From contig CAXXLZ010000002.1 of assembly GCA_963675595.2 (NCBI GenBank), positions 224,001 through 288,000 of the forward strand: DNA of 64,000 nt. The letters are read 5' to 3'. Below the pieces are notes generated by a model. The model was given only the letters and a program-made list of their open reading frames with translations, was not told where the DNA came from and ran no database searches. Made by a program: the position numbers and the translations under genes. Origin of the DNA: Thermodesulfobacteriota bacterium. GTDB taxonomy: Bacteria > Desulfobacterota > Desulfarculia > JACQYL01. Shown in pieces: positions 1 to 12,875 of the stretch (position 1 is the first letter of the stretch; each line of letters begins with the position of its first letter).

Positions 1-358
1 TCGCGCGTCACAGGAATATCCTATGGGACCTCTCTATGCCGTCATCTTCGCCAGTGCAGATATTGCCGGCTCTTTCGGCTCATCATTCAGGGTGATTCCG
101 CACAAGATTGCAATAACCATGCCCAAAATAGCCAAACGGGCATGAAATGTGAAAACTTTCTTTTATTGAGCGAGGTCTCGCCTTCCTCAAATTCGATTCA
201 AATCGGAGTAAAACTGCGAAATCAAGAGATCATAGAAACACCCACGCCTTTTTGTTTTGCGATCAGGTTGCCCGAAACCTCCCCCCTAAGGATTTCCCAT
301 ATCCACCTAACCCTGCTAAGCTCCTTTGAAAATTAACAAGCTGAAAGGCGGTGCCTGG

Positions 359-562
359 ATGACCACAAATTTCTTATCAGAAGCCGAGGCGGCCCTAAAT
401 CTCAATATTTCCCCCCGAACGCTTCAGAAGTTTCGCGTAACCGGTCGAGGGCCGATTTTCAGAAAATTCGGGCGCCGGGTCCTTTATGACGCCCAAGACT
501 TGGCCGCCTGGGCCGACCAAGCCAAACGGCGATCCACTTCCGATCGCGGAGCCCAGGGATGA
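359..562 (+). CDS. AlpA/excisionase-like HTH DNA-binding protein
   Basis: FLSEAEAALNLNISPRTLQKFRVTGRGPIFRKFGRRVLYDAQDLAAW is a typical HTH_17/AlpA pattern; ATG at 359 chosen; stop overlaps the primase start (ATGA). Confidence 0.88.
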   Translation: MTTNFLSEAEAALNLNISPRTLQKFRVTGRGPIFRKFGRRVLYDAQDLAAWADQAKRRSTSDRGAQG

Positions 563-3393
563 ACGGAGCAGCTACGACCGAGACGCCGGCAGGCAACGCG
601 GGTGTCCAACCGTCTATACTTGGCAGGCAGACCGGAAACGGCTGGGGCGGAAAACGCGACCTAATCGCCGACATAAAGAGTCGATCGGACTGCCGAGACA
701 TCTTCCGTCGGTACTGGCCGGAGCATTTCCGCGAGTCCGGGAACTCGGTCTGTCCGTTTCACGATGACCGGAATCCAAGTCTATCCGTTCAGAAATATCG
801 GGCACATTGCTTTGGTTGCTCGAAAAACTTCGATGTGATCGACCTGTACGGCGCCGGGACCGGCCTGGACATTGGGGCCAGTATTCAGGCACTCTCGCAG
901 GAGCTGGGATTGGACAACGAGGGTGGAGGGATTCGACGGCCCAAAGTTCACCATGTTGAGCCTCCCGAAAAGAAAACGCAGGACTTCACCGAAACATTCG
1001 CCCATGCCGCGAGGGTCGAACCCCCAAAGGAAGTCGTCGTCGAATTCGAAAGGCGGGGCCTCGCCGAGGTTCTGCCGAGGCTCCGCGACGCCGGTGTGGT
1101 TGGGTTCTCCCCGGAAAAAGGGAAATACCCTCCTTCGGTCTTGTTTCCCTCCACGAGTTCGTTGGGATTGCCAGAATCATCCATCTTTGGCATCCAGCGG
1201 GTGATTCCTAAGTCTTTGGCCCAACACGGACGAGACAAATTATTTCTGCCCGGTTCGAAACAGGAACTCTTCATGTTCGGCATCGCGCCTCCCGTCGTGG
1301 TCACCGAAGGCGTCTTCGATGCCCTTTCAGTATCGGCGATCCTTCCCAACACAAGCGTGGCGGCGATATTCTCAGCTTCGAACACCAAGGCGGTCAACTG
1401 GTTCGAGAACGACCACTCACTGCCCGTCCTGTTCTTCGACCGAGACGAGGCCGGACGCAAGGCCACGGCCAAAGGCGTCGAGGTTCTCCGGGGTCGGTGT
1501 CGTATCGTGGACTGGCATCTTGCGCCGGACGGCTTCAAAGACACCAACGAGCTTTTGATGGCCCGCCACGGGGAAATCATTAAAAAAATGGTCGAAGAGG
1601 CAAAAAAACCTGAATATTCGGATAAATCAGCAAAATCGAATCCTGCGAAGGCATCTAACAAACCTTGGCCCTTCAGGACGGATGATCAAGGGGTGTGGTA
1701 CGCGCACGTCGTCGTGCGGAAGAGCATCGAGGTGACCGACTGGATCAAGGTGTGCTCCCCGCTGCGTGTCATCGCCTTGACCCGGAACTCTGACAGCGCC
1801 GACTGGGGCCGGCTCATCGAATTCACCGATCCTGACGGAGAGGTCCACCGGTGGGCCGTACCCATCAGCCTCCTGGGCGGGAACGGGGCTGAACTGCGGA
1901 AACAACTGCTTTTCCAGGGTGTGAGGCTTGGAACGGACCCCAAGGCCAAAACCGCCCTTGAGACGTACCTCACAGACTCCGATCCTGCCGACCGAATCCG
2001 CTGCGTGGACCGGATCGGTTGGCACGGGGATCGGTTCGTTTTGCCGGATCGGACCATCGGCACGGAGAGCGCCGAAGTCATCGCTCTTCAGACCCGCACC
2101 AACATGACACACCGGCTTAACGTCGCGGGAACCCTGGATGGGTGGCGCGACGAAATCGGCCGCCTTTGCGTGGGGAATTCGCGTCTGATCTTCGCGGTAT
2201 CCTGCGCATTCGCCGCGACTTTGGTCGGGGTCCTCGGCGAGGAATCCGGGGGCTTTCACTTCCGTGGCCCTTCGAGCTGCGGCAAGACCACGGCACTACG
2301 CCTCGCCGGCTCCGTCTGTGGGGGCGGCGACCATGGGTATATTTCCCAGTGGCGGGCTACTTCTAATGCCTTGGAAGCCGTGGCTTTGGCTCATTGTGAT
2401 ATTCTATTGTGTTTGGACGAAATTTCCCAGATTTCTGGGAACCAAGCAGGAGAAACAGCCTATCTTCTGGCCAACGGACAGGGAAAGGCGCGGATGCGCT
2501 CGAATGCCTCTCCAAGACCAGTGGCTCAGTGGCGAACCCTTTTCCTTTCCACGGGAGAGCTCAGCCTGGCCGACAAAGTCTCCGAATCGGGTTTGAGGGC
2601 AACCGCGGGTCAGGAGGTGCGCGTTCTGGATATACCCGCCGATGCCGGAGCCAGCATGGGGTTGTTCGAGGAGCTGCACGGTTTCCCTTCGGCTGACGCT
2701 TTCGCCCGGCACCTGAAGGAGCTGACCGGCCGGTTTTATGGAACACCGGTGCGAGCTTTTCTGGCAGAGATTACCTCTCGCCTGGACGGACTGAAACAGC
2801 AGGTTGAGACCTTCCGACGGAATTTCACCTCCAAGCACAGGCCTGAGGGCGCCGACGGCCAAGTGCTTCGCGCGCTTCAGCGATTCGGCCTGGTAGCCGC
2901 AGCCGGGGAATTGGCCTCCAACCTGAAGGTCCTTCCTTGGCCGGCAGACGCCGCCTCGAAGGCGGCCGAGGCTTGCTTCAGGGACTGGCTGGAACAGCGA
3001 GGAACCGCCGGCCCTCAGGAAATCCAGGCCGCGTTGGCCCAGATTAGACTTTTCTTGCAGTTGCACGGCGACAGCCGCTTTGTGCCGCTGCGGGGCGAAC
3101 TAGATGAGACGCTGGAAGACAGCGAGCGCTCAAAAGAAGGAAACCGTCCGACCATCAAGCGGGCCGGTTATAATTCTTTGGAACACGACGGCGTTCACCA
3201 CTTCGTTTTCCCCGAGGTCTTCCGCACCGAAGTTTGCGCCGGCTTCGATCTCAAATTCGTCTCCAAAGGGCTCATTGAGCTCGGTTTGATGACTCCGGGG
3301 GGGGACGGGAAGTCCGCCGCTAATCAATACGTCTCTGCGCTGCGGAAACCCATAAGGCTGTACCACCTCCTTCCGAAGATTTTCGAATCATGA
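559..3393 (+). CDS. Primase-helicase: CHC2 zinc finger + Toprim + DUF927 helicase
   Basis: CPFHDDRNPS...HCFGC zinc finger; TEGVFDALS and FFDRDEAG Toprim motifs; Walker A GPSSCGKTT, LDE Walker B and FLSTGE as in DUF927 proteins. Confidence 0.92.
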   Translation: MNGAATTETPAGNAGVQPSILGRQTGNGWGGKRDLIADIKSRSDCRDIFRRYWPEHFRESGNSVCPFHDDRNPSLSVQKYRAHCFGCSKNFDVIDLYGAGTGLDIGASIQALSQELGLDNEGGGIRRPKVHHVEPPEKKTQDFTETFAHAARVEPPKEVVVEFERRGLAEVLPRLRDAGVVGFSPEKGKYPPSVLFPSTSSLGLPESSIFGIQRVIPKSLAQHGRDKLFLPGSKQELFMFGIAPPVVVTEGVFDALSVSAILPNTSVAAIFSASNTKAVNWFENDHSLPVLFFDRDEAGRKATAKGVEVLRGRCRIVDWHLAPDGFKDTNELLMARHGEIIKKMVEEAKKPEYSDKSAKSNPAKASNKPWPFRTDDQGVWYAHVVVRKSIEVTDWIKVCSPLRVIALTRNSDSADWGRLIEFTDPDGEVHRWAVPISLLGGNGAELRKQLLFQGVRLGTDPKAKTALETYLTDSDPADRIRCVDRIGWHGDRFVLPDRTIGTESAEVIALQTRTNMTHRLNVAGTLDGWRDEIGRLCVGNSRLIFAVSCAFAATLVGVLGEESGGFHFRGPSSCGKTTALRLAGSVCGGGDHGYISQWRATSNALEAVALAHCDILLCLDEISQISGNQAGETAYLLANGQGKARMRSNASPRPVAQWRTLFLSTGELSLADKVSESGLRATAGQEVRVLDIPADAGASMGLFEELHGFPSADAFARHLKELTGRFYGTPVRAFLAEITSRLDGLKQQVETFRRNFTSKHRPEGADGQVLRALQRFGLVAAAGELASNLKVLPWPADAASKAAEACFRDWLEQRGTAGPQEIQAALAQIRLFLQLHGDSRFVPLRGELDETLEDSERSKEGNRPTIKRAGYNSLEHDGVHHFVFPEVFRTEVCAGFDLKFVSKGLIELGLMTPGGDGKSAANQYVSALRKPIRLYHLLPKIFES

Positions 3394-3433
3394 GGTCGAC
3401 CATTTTGATGCCTGGGCAACTCCGTTCATAAGC

Positions 3434-3643
3434 GGTGAAAGGCGTGCCAGTGGTGAAAGAAAACCGAATAGATCCAAATAATTCAATATCTTATATGAGG
3501 ATTTTCGGCTTTCACCTCATGAATTCCAAAGTGGAAGAAGGTGTAAGAAGTGAAAGCCTGTAATTTCAGGGACTTGGAGGCCGATCTTTCACCCTTACAC
3601 GTCTTGCACGGAATCGGAGCCAATAAGATTGGAAGCCTTACAC
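3434..3643. repeat. Iteron-like array, putative replication origin
   Basis: GGTGAAAG at 3434 and 3452, GGTGTAAG at 3540, AGTGAAAG at 3549; inverted CTTTCACC at 3509 and 3586, CTTACAC at 3594 and 3637, CTTGCAC at 3603; AT-rich spacer; directly after the primase-helicase. Confidence 0.6.
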
Positions 3644-3800
3644 TCAATTCGGAACCACCCCTCAAACACAGACCCGGAATCGCCGACTGCGAAAACTGCG
3701 GGGAAAAGCGGTCCATCCTCGCCCCTGTGACGAAGCGCGGTTGGAATGCCCCTTGAGGCAAACGGATAATCTCTAATAGAAGTCATCGGAGAACAAGTAT

Positions 3801-4151
3801 ATGAAAAGAGAAAACGTGATCAACAACAAGAACACCGTCAAAGTTGAAGGCGATGGACTCTCCGACTATGAAGCATTTTACCAGCACTTGTTAGAGTGGG
3901 GATTGAATCCAAGGAGGATGAAATCCGGAGACTTGAGAGCCGACTGTTTTGCTTGTGACCTCGAACCTCGGGATCATATGATCTATCAGGCGCCCAGCCA
4001 TTTGATTTTGACAAAAGGCAGGGGCAAAGACTTGTTGTTTTTCCGTTATATCGAAAACTGGCAAATCGACTATCGGATGGGTAGAGCTCGTAAGGTTCCC
4101 AAAAGTTTGCAGAAGAAATATGTACTGCTGCCGCCCATTCCCACACTCTAA
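3801..4151 (+). CDS. Hypothetical protein
   Basis: 116 aa ATG ORF in the element core with a CxxC (CFAC) motif; no family recognised. Confidence 0.55.
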   Translation: MKRENVINNKNTVKVEGDGLSDYEAFYQHLLEWGLNPRRMKSGDLRADCFACDLEPRDHMIYQAPSHLILTKGRGKDLLFFRYIENWQIDYRMGRARKVPKSLQKKYVLLPPIPTL

Positions 4152-4232
4152 GGTCATGCCCCCGACGCGGCGTCACGATGGGACTTCATCCGCTCACGTC
4201 GGGGGTTATATCGAAGGAAAGGAATTTGATCC

Positions 4233-4646
4233 ATGAACGATGACGGCAGAAGTCCCCAGGTGACCGGCCATGGAGAGAAGCTATCCCGAAAGATGGAACT
4301 GGCGGTGGCCGCTTTGCTCACGCATCCCACGATTCCGGAAGCCGCCAAACACACGGGGGTCTCGGAGAAGACCCTCTGGCGATGGCTCCGAATCCGAGAA
4401 TTCAAGGAAGCCTATCGCGAGGCCCGAAGGGAGGCGGTAGGACGGGCCGTCGGGCAGGTTCAGGCGGCCATGGCGGAAGGCGTGGAAGCGCTTCGCTCCG
4501 TAATCAACGACCCGCAGTCCGGCGCCTCGGCCAGGGTTTCGGCGGCCAGGGCCGTGCTGGACATGGGGCTGAAGGCCACCGAAGTGGAAGATTTGGAAGC
4601 CCGTATCTCGGCTATCGAGAATGCCTATTTTAAGGAGAAACAATGA
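4233..4646 (+). CDS. HTH protein resembling phage terminase small subunit / phBC6A51-type HTH
   Basis: AVAALLTHPTIPEAAKHTGVSEKTLWRWL HTH followed by helical ARVSAARAVLD...LEARISAIE; good RBS. Confidence 0.7.
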   Translation: MNDDGRSPQVTGHGEKLSRKMELAVAALLTHPTIPEAAKHTGVSEKTLWRWLRIREFKEAYREARREAVGRAVGQVQAAMAEGVEALRSVINDPQSGASARVSAARAVLDMGLKATEVEDLEARISAIENAYFKEKQ

Positions 4647-4879
4647 AGAACCTCGATGCCAGAATCCGTTACTTAGAGCGCGGTGAAGATCCAGGACCGG
4701 ATGTCGCCGTCCTTTTCCTTTTCAGACACGAAACGAAAGAAAAGGCGCTGATCCGATATGGGTACAAGGGCCACCAACCCGACTGCGCGTTCTTCATCAA
4801 GATCGGCGACAAGGCCGCACTGGAGGATGCAAAACGGCACAACCTCCGTTTGCCTCAAGGGGTCGAAGAGGACGACTGA
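4643..4879 (+). CDS. Hypothetical protein (element core)
   Basis: AAGGAG RBS, ATGA overlap with the upstream gene, N-terminus LDARIRYLE. Confidence 0.65.
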   Translation: MKNLDARIRYLERGEDPGPDVAVLFLFRHETKEKALIRYGYKGHQPDCAFFIKIGDKAALEDAKRHNLRLPQGVEEDD

Positions 4880-5521
4880 TTCTTTTCATCGGCCCTTTTC
4901 GTCGCGGCGATCCATAATGGAAGGCCCCACCCCGGGGGTATAGGCGTCACCCACCCCCTTGAGCCTCTCCCCGGGGGTTTGCTGTTGCACACGCACGCGA
5001 CGGCCGCCGAATTTAGGAGAGCCGCCTTTCGGTTGGATATCACTTGATTGCGAGAGCGCCGGACCATTCCTTGGATGATTTGCGGTTTCATCCGCATTCC
5101 CACGTCCCACCAGCCGGCTCCAAGCCGCAAAACAGATAGAACAAATTTCGTCAAATTTCCGGAAACCCGGATTCGATTACCGACCTATCAACGTGCCTTC
5201 CATGAAGTTTACCGATTCACTATATTTCGCTTATCTTCATCGCTTTTTGGCCAAGACATCTCTTGATTTCCCTTCCCGCTTGTGACAGATTGCCCTCATC
5301 CGAACGTTCATTTCCAATACATGAAGAAGCACCGGCAAGCCGTGTTAACGGGAACATTCCTTGCGGATCATCCTGAAGGTCTGCCTATCCCGCGCCGGCG
5401 GGACCGACCGGCGGGATTTTGCAGGCGCCGTTCTTGCGCCGGGCCTGAACCGGCGATTCAGCCACGCCATGGTCCCCGGAGCCGTTTCTTTCCAACCATT
5501 TTGTAGTACACCGGAACACTC

Positions 5522-9070
<3,549 letters not shown>

Positions 9071-9143
9071 CCGACTGTCCACTACAGAATTAATTCTCCG
9101 GCCAAAGCGGGTAGAACTGAATTTTCGAGATCCAAATAATGCC

Positions 9144-9872
9144 ATGGAAAACCAAATTCTAAAAAATAGTCAGATCATGTCTGAAGTTATCAGACAGAAT
9201 TGGGAAATGGCAAGACACCACGAATCCAATAGATGGAGATATACGTATTACTATTATGCCGCTTTCGGTGCATATGTTTTCTATGTATCCAATATTTTAT
9301 CAGAAACAGAATTTGATATCCTAAGACTGTCTAAATATAAGCTAATACTAATAGCCAGTATTTCTATTATAATATACGCCATAGGCCGCGCATCACTTTA
9401 CCATCTTGTCTATTCAAATATAGAATACAAGAATCATATTAGGGCTCTTGAATATATTTCAAGTGATCTTGGGATTAACCATGGTATTTCTTACTATAGG
9501 CTATATATAACTAAACACAAACCAAATGCAACAAATAATGAATTTCGTTGTGCCTATATGGCCTTACCTCTAATGCTTCAGATAAGAAAGATTATGCCAT
9601 TACAAAATTTGACTATGGCTGGATCAGCTTTATCATTTTTTGCGTCAATCTTTTTTATTTCTATGGCAATGATAACTTTCGTTTTCAAGAACGGTTTATT
9701 ATCATGTCCGAATAACATAATCATAGCCATGTCTATTTCTTTAATATTTTCAGTGATGAATTTATCTAATCTAATTGATTCCTGCAACCGATTTCATTCT
9801 TACGCCGAACGAGAACTTGACAATCGAGACCCACGCTCTTTGAAAGTTGACTCTAATCGTCCTAATAAATAA
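9144..9872 (+). CDS. AT-rich multi-pass membrane protein, candidate defence effector
   Basis: 242 aa, about four hydrophobic segments, visibly far lower GC than its neighbours; lies between helicase and methylase. Confidence 0.75.
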   Translation: MENQILKNSQIMSEVIRQNWEMARHHESNRWRYTYYYYAAFGAYVFYVSNILSETEFDILRLSKYKLILIASISIIIYAIGRASLYHLVYSNIEYKNHIRALEYISSDLGINHGISYYRLYITKHKPNATNNEFRCAYMALPLMLQIRKIMPLQNLTMAGSALSFFASIFFISMAMITFVFKNGLLSCPNNIIIAMSISLIFSVMNLSNLIDSCNRFHSYAERELDNRDPRSLKVDSNRPNK

Positions 9873-9944
9873 GGGGGCTTCGGTCATTTCAGGATCTGAT
9901 TTTTTCTTCCCTTCTCGTTTACAGTAACCTCTTTGGAGTGATCT

Positions 9945-12836
9945 GTGACCCACGACATCAAAGCCCCCAAGAAACTCATTGAAACGGCGTTGCCCCTTAA
10001 CGACATCAATGCCGCGGCGGTTCGGGAGAAGTCCATCCGTCACGGGCATCCGTCCACGTTGCATCTTTGGTGGGCGCGGCGTCCTTTGGCCGTGGCCCGG
10101 GCGGTGATTTTCGCCCAGATGGTGAACGATCCGGGGTATGAACGCGCTTTGGGTCGGGGCATCAACAAAAAGGAAGCCGAAAAGGAACGGGAACGCCTCT
10201 TCGAAATCATCCGGAAGCTGGTGTTGTGGGAAAACACCAACAACGAAGCGGTGCTGGGGGAGGCTCGGGCGGAGATTTGGAAGAGCTGGAGGGAGACCTG
10301 CGCCCTGAACCGAAACCATCCCAAGGCTTCCGAATGGTTCGATCCGGAACGGCTGCCTGCCTTTCACGATCCCTTTGCCGGAGGCGGCGCCCTGCCCCTG
10401 GAAGCCCAGCGGTTGGGGTTGGAAGCCTATGCTTCGGACTTGAATCCCGTGGCGGTGCTCATCAACAAGGCCATGATCGAGATTCCGCCCAAGTTTTCGG
10501 GAAGAGCGCCGGTGGGTCCCCTGCCTCAAATGGAGCGGCAGTTGCGGGTGTCCGACGACTGGAACGGCGCCGCAGGTTTGGCCGAAGACGTTCGCCGGTA
10601 CGGCCATTGGATGCGTGAGCAGGCCTATCGGCGCATCGGGCATCTGTACCCCGAGGTGGAAGTGACTCGGGACATGGCGCAGGACCGACCCGACCTGGAA
10701 CCTTTGGTGGGAAAGAAGCTCACGGTCATCGCCTGGCTTTGGGCGCGCACGGTCAAGAGTCCCAACCCGGCCTATTCCCACGTGCACGTGCCGCTGGCCT
10801 CTACTTTCATGTTGTCCACGAAGCTCGGGAAAGAGGCGTATGTGGAACCGGTGGTGGAGGGAGATCAATATCGGTTTGTGGTGAAAACCGGGGCACCACC
10901 GGATCCCGAGAAGGCCAAAAGCGGCACAAAACTCGCGCGAGGATCCCACTTTCGATGCATTGTATCCAATTCTCCCATTGAACCGAGCTATATATACCAT
11001 GCTGCCAAATCCGGTGGTTTGGGGACCAAGATGATGGCGGTGGTTCTGGAAGGAGAAAAAGGACGCCTATATTTGCCTGGCAGTCCAGAGTTGGCGGCTT
11101 CAGCAAATCAAGCTCCACCAACCTGGGTTCCTGATTTGTCTATGCCGGAGAACCCTCGATGGTTCTCTCCGCCCCTCTATGGACTGAAAAACTACGGCGA
11201 CCTCTTCACCCCGCGCCAGCTCACCGCCCTGAACACGTTTTCGGACTTGGTGTCGGAAGCCCGGGAAAAGGTGAAATCCGACGCTTTGGCCGCGGGATGG
11301 GTCGGCGACGGCCTCGGGTTGGACGCCGGCGGAAACGGCGCAACGGCCTATGCGGACGCGGTGGCGGTGTATTTGGCGTTTGCTGTGGATAAGGGGGCTA
11401 ACTACTGGTCAACGCTCTGTTCCTGGCATTCCGGACGAGACACTGTGACAAGTACCTTCGGGCGTCAGGCGCTACCAATGGTCTGGGATTTTGCGGAAGC
11501 CAACCCTTTGAGCAAATCGTCGGGGAATTTCCTTTCCGGAGTCAATCAGGCCTCCGAGCTGTTGCGGAGGAGAATACCCGCTTCATCGGGGCACGCTTAT
11601 CAAGAAGATGCAGCCTCTCAAGCAAGCAGTTTAAGCAGAATTATTTCTACGGACCCACCTTACTACGACAACATCGGCTACGCTGATTTATCGGATTTCT
11701 TTTACGTGTGGCTGCGTAGAAGCTTGAAACCCATCTTCCCCGGTCTCTTTTCAACCCTGGCGACTCCCAAAGCCGAGGAACTGGTGGCCACCCCCTATCG
11801 ACACGGGAACAAGGAGGCTGCCGAAAAGTTCTTTTTGGACGGCATGACTCAAGCCATGGAACGATTGGCGGAGCAAGCCCATCCCGCATTTTCCACGACC
11901 ATCTACTACGCTTTCAAGCAATCGGAGCTTAAGAAGCCTGGAGCCGTTTCCACCGGGTGGGAGACCTTCTTGGAGGCCGTTCTCAGGGCAGGCTTCTGTA
12001 TCGCGGGCACATGGCCGGTACGCACCGAGTTGATCGGCAACCTCAAGAAAGTTACCAATGCGTTGGCCTCCAGCATCATCCTCGTTTGTCGAAAACGGAA
12101 CGTCCAAGCCGCCACCGTCACCCGGCGGGAGTTCCTCCGAGAGCTCAATGCCGCTTTACCCGAGGCTCTGGCGGATATGACCCGGGGAGAGCACACCTCT
12201 CCGGTGGCCCCGGTGGACCTGGCCCAGGCGATCATCGGGCCGGGCATGGAGGTGTTTTCCAAGTATGCGGCGGTGCTGGAGGCGGACGGCAAACCCATGA
12301 CCGTGCGCACGGCGTTGCAGCTCATCAACCGATTTTTGGCCGAAGAAGACTTTGACCGGGACACCCAGTTCTGCCTCCACTGGTTTGAGACGCATCACTG
12401 GGCCGAAGGCCGTTTCGGCGAAGCCGACGTGCTGGCTCGCGCCAAGGGCACCAGCGTGGAGGGCGTTGCTCGGGCCGGAGTCGTCGAATCGGGCAAGGGC
12501 GCGGTGCGCCTGCTGCGCCACACGGAGTATCCTTTGGACTGGGACCCGGAAACGGACCGGCGGTGCCCCATCTGGGAAGCCCTGCACCATCTGGTGCGCA
12601 TCCTCAAGACGGACGGCGAAGCCGCCGCCGGCCGGGTGCTCGACCGCATGAAGGATCGGACCGACGCCCTGCGCCAACTGGCCTATCGGCTCTACGCCCT
12701 GAGCGAGCGCAAGAGCTGGGGGGAAGACGCCCGGACCTACAATGAACTGATCAACTCCTGGCAGGGAATGGAAACGTTGCGGGAAGACGCGCCCAAGACC
12801 GCACCCCACCGCCAGGACACTTGGCTGAAGGAGTAG
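9945..12836 (+). CDS. DUF1156-family adenine DNA methyltransferase
   Basis: N-terminal [11 protein letters not shown] (DUF1156), motif I DPFAGGG, motif IV TDPPYYD. Confidence 0.93.
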   Translation: MTHDIKAPKKLIETALPLNDINAAAVREKSIRHGHPSTLHLWWARRPLAVARAVIFAQMVNDPGYERALGRGINKKEAEKERERLFEIIRKLVLWENTNNEAVLGEARAEIWKSWRETCALNRNHPKASEWFDPERLPAFHDPFAGGGALPLEAQRLGLEAYASDLNPVAVLINKAMIEIPPKFSGRAPVGPLPQMERQLRVSDDWNGAAGLAEDVRRYGHWMREQAYRRIGHLYPEVEVTRDMAQDRPDLEPLVGKKLTVIAWLWARTVKSPNPAYSHVHVPLASTFMLSTKLGKEAYVEPVVEGDQYRFVVKTGAPPDPEKAKSGTKLARGSHFRCIVSNSPIEPSYIYHAAKSGGLGTKMMAVVLEGEKGRLYLPGSPELAASANQAPPTWVPDLSMPENPRWFSPPLYGLKNYGDLFTPRQLTALNTFSDLVSEAREKVKSDALAAGWVGDGLGLDAGGNGATAYADAVAVYLAFAVDKGANYWSTLCSWHSGRDTVTSTFGRQALPMVWDFAEANPLSKSSGNFLSGVNQASELLRRRIPASSGHAYQEDAASQASSLSRIISTDPPYYDNIGYADLSDFFYVWLRRSLKPIFPGLFSTLATPKAEELVATPYRHGNKEAAEKFFLDGMTQAMERLAEQAHPAFSTTIYYAFKQSELKKPGAVSTGWETFLEAVLRAGFCIAGTWPVRTELIGNLKKVTNALASSIILVCRKRNVQAATVTRREFLRELNAALPEALADMTRGEHTSPVAPVDLAQAIIGPGMEVFSKYAAVLEADGKPMTVRTALQLINRFLAEEDFDRDTQFCLHWFETHHWAEGRFGEADVLARAKGTSVEGVARAGVVESGKGAVRLLRHTEYPLDWDPETDRRCPIWEALHHLVRILKTDGEAAAGRVLDRMKDRTDALRQLAYRLYALSERKSWGEDARTYNELINSWQGMETLREDAPKTAPHRQDTWLKE

Positions 12837-12875
12837 CGGCTTTTTCAACGGTCTCACAAGCCCACAGGAGCCTCC

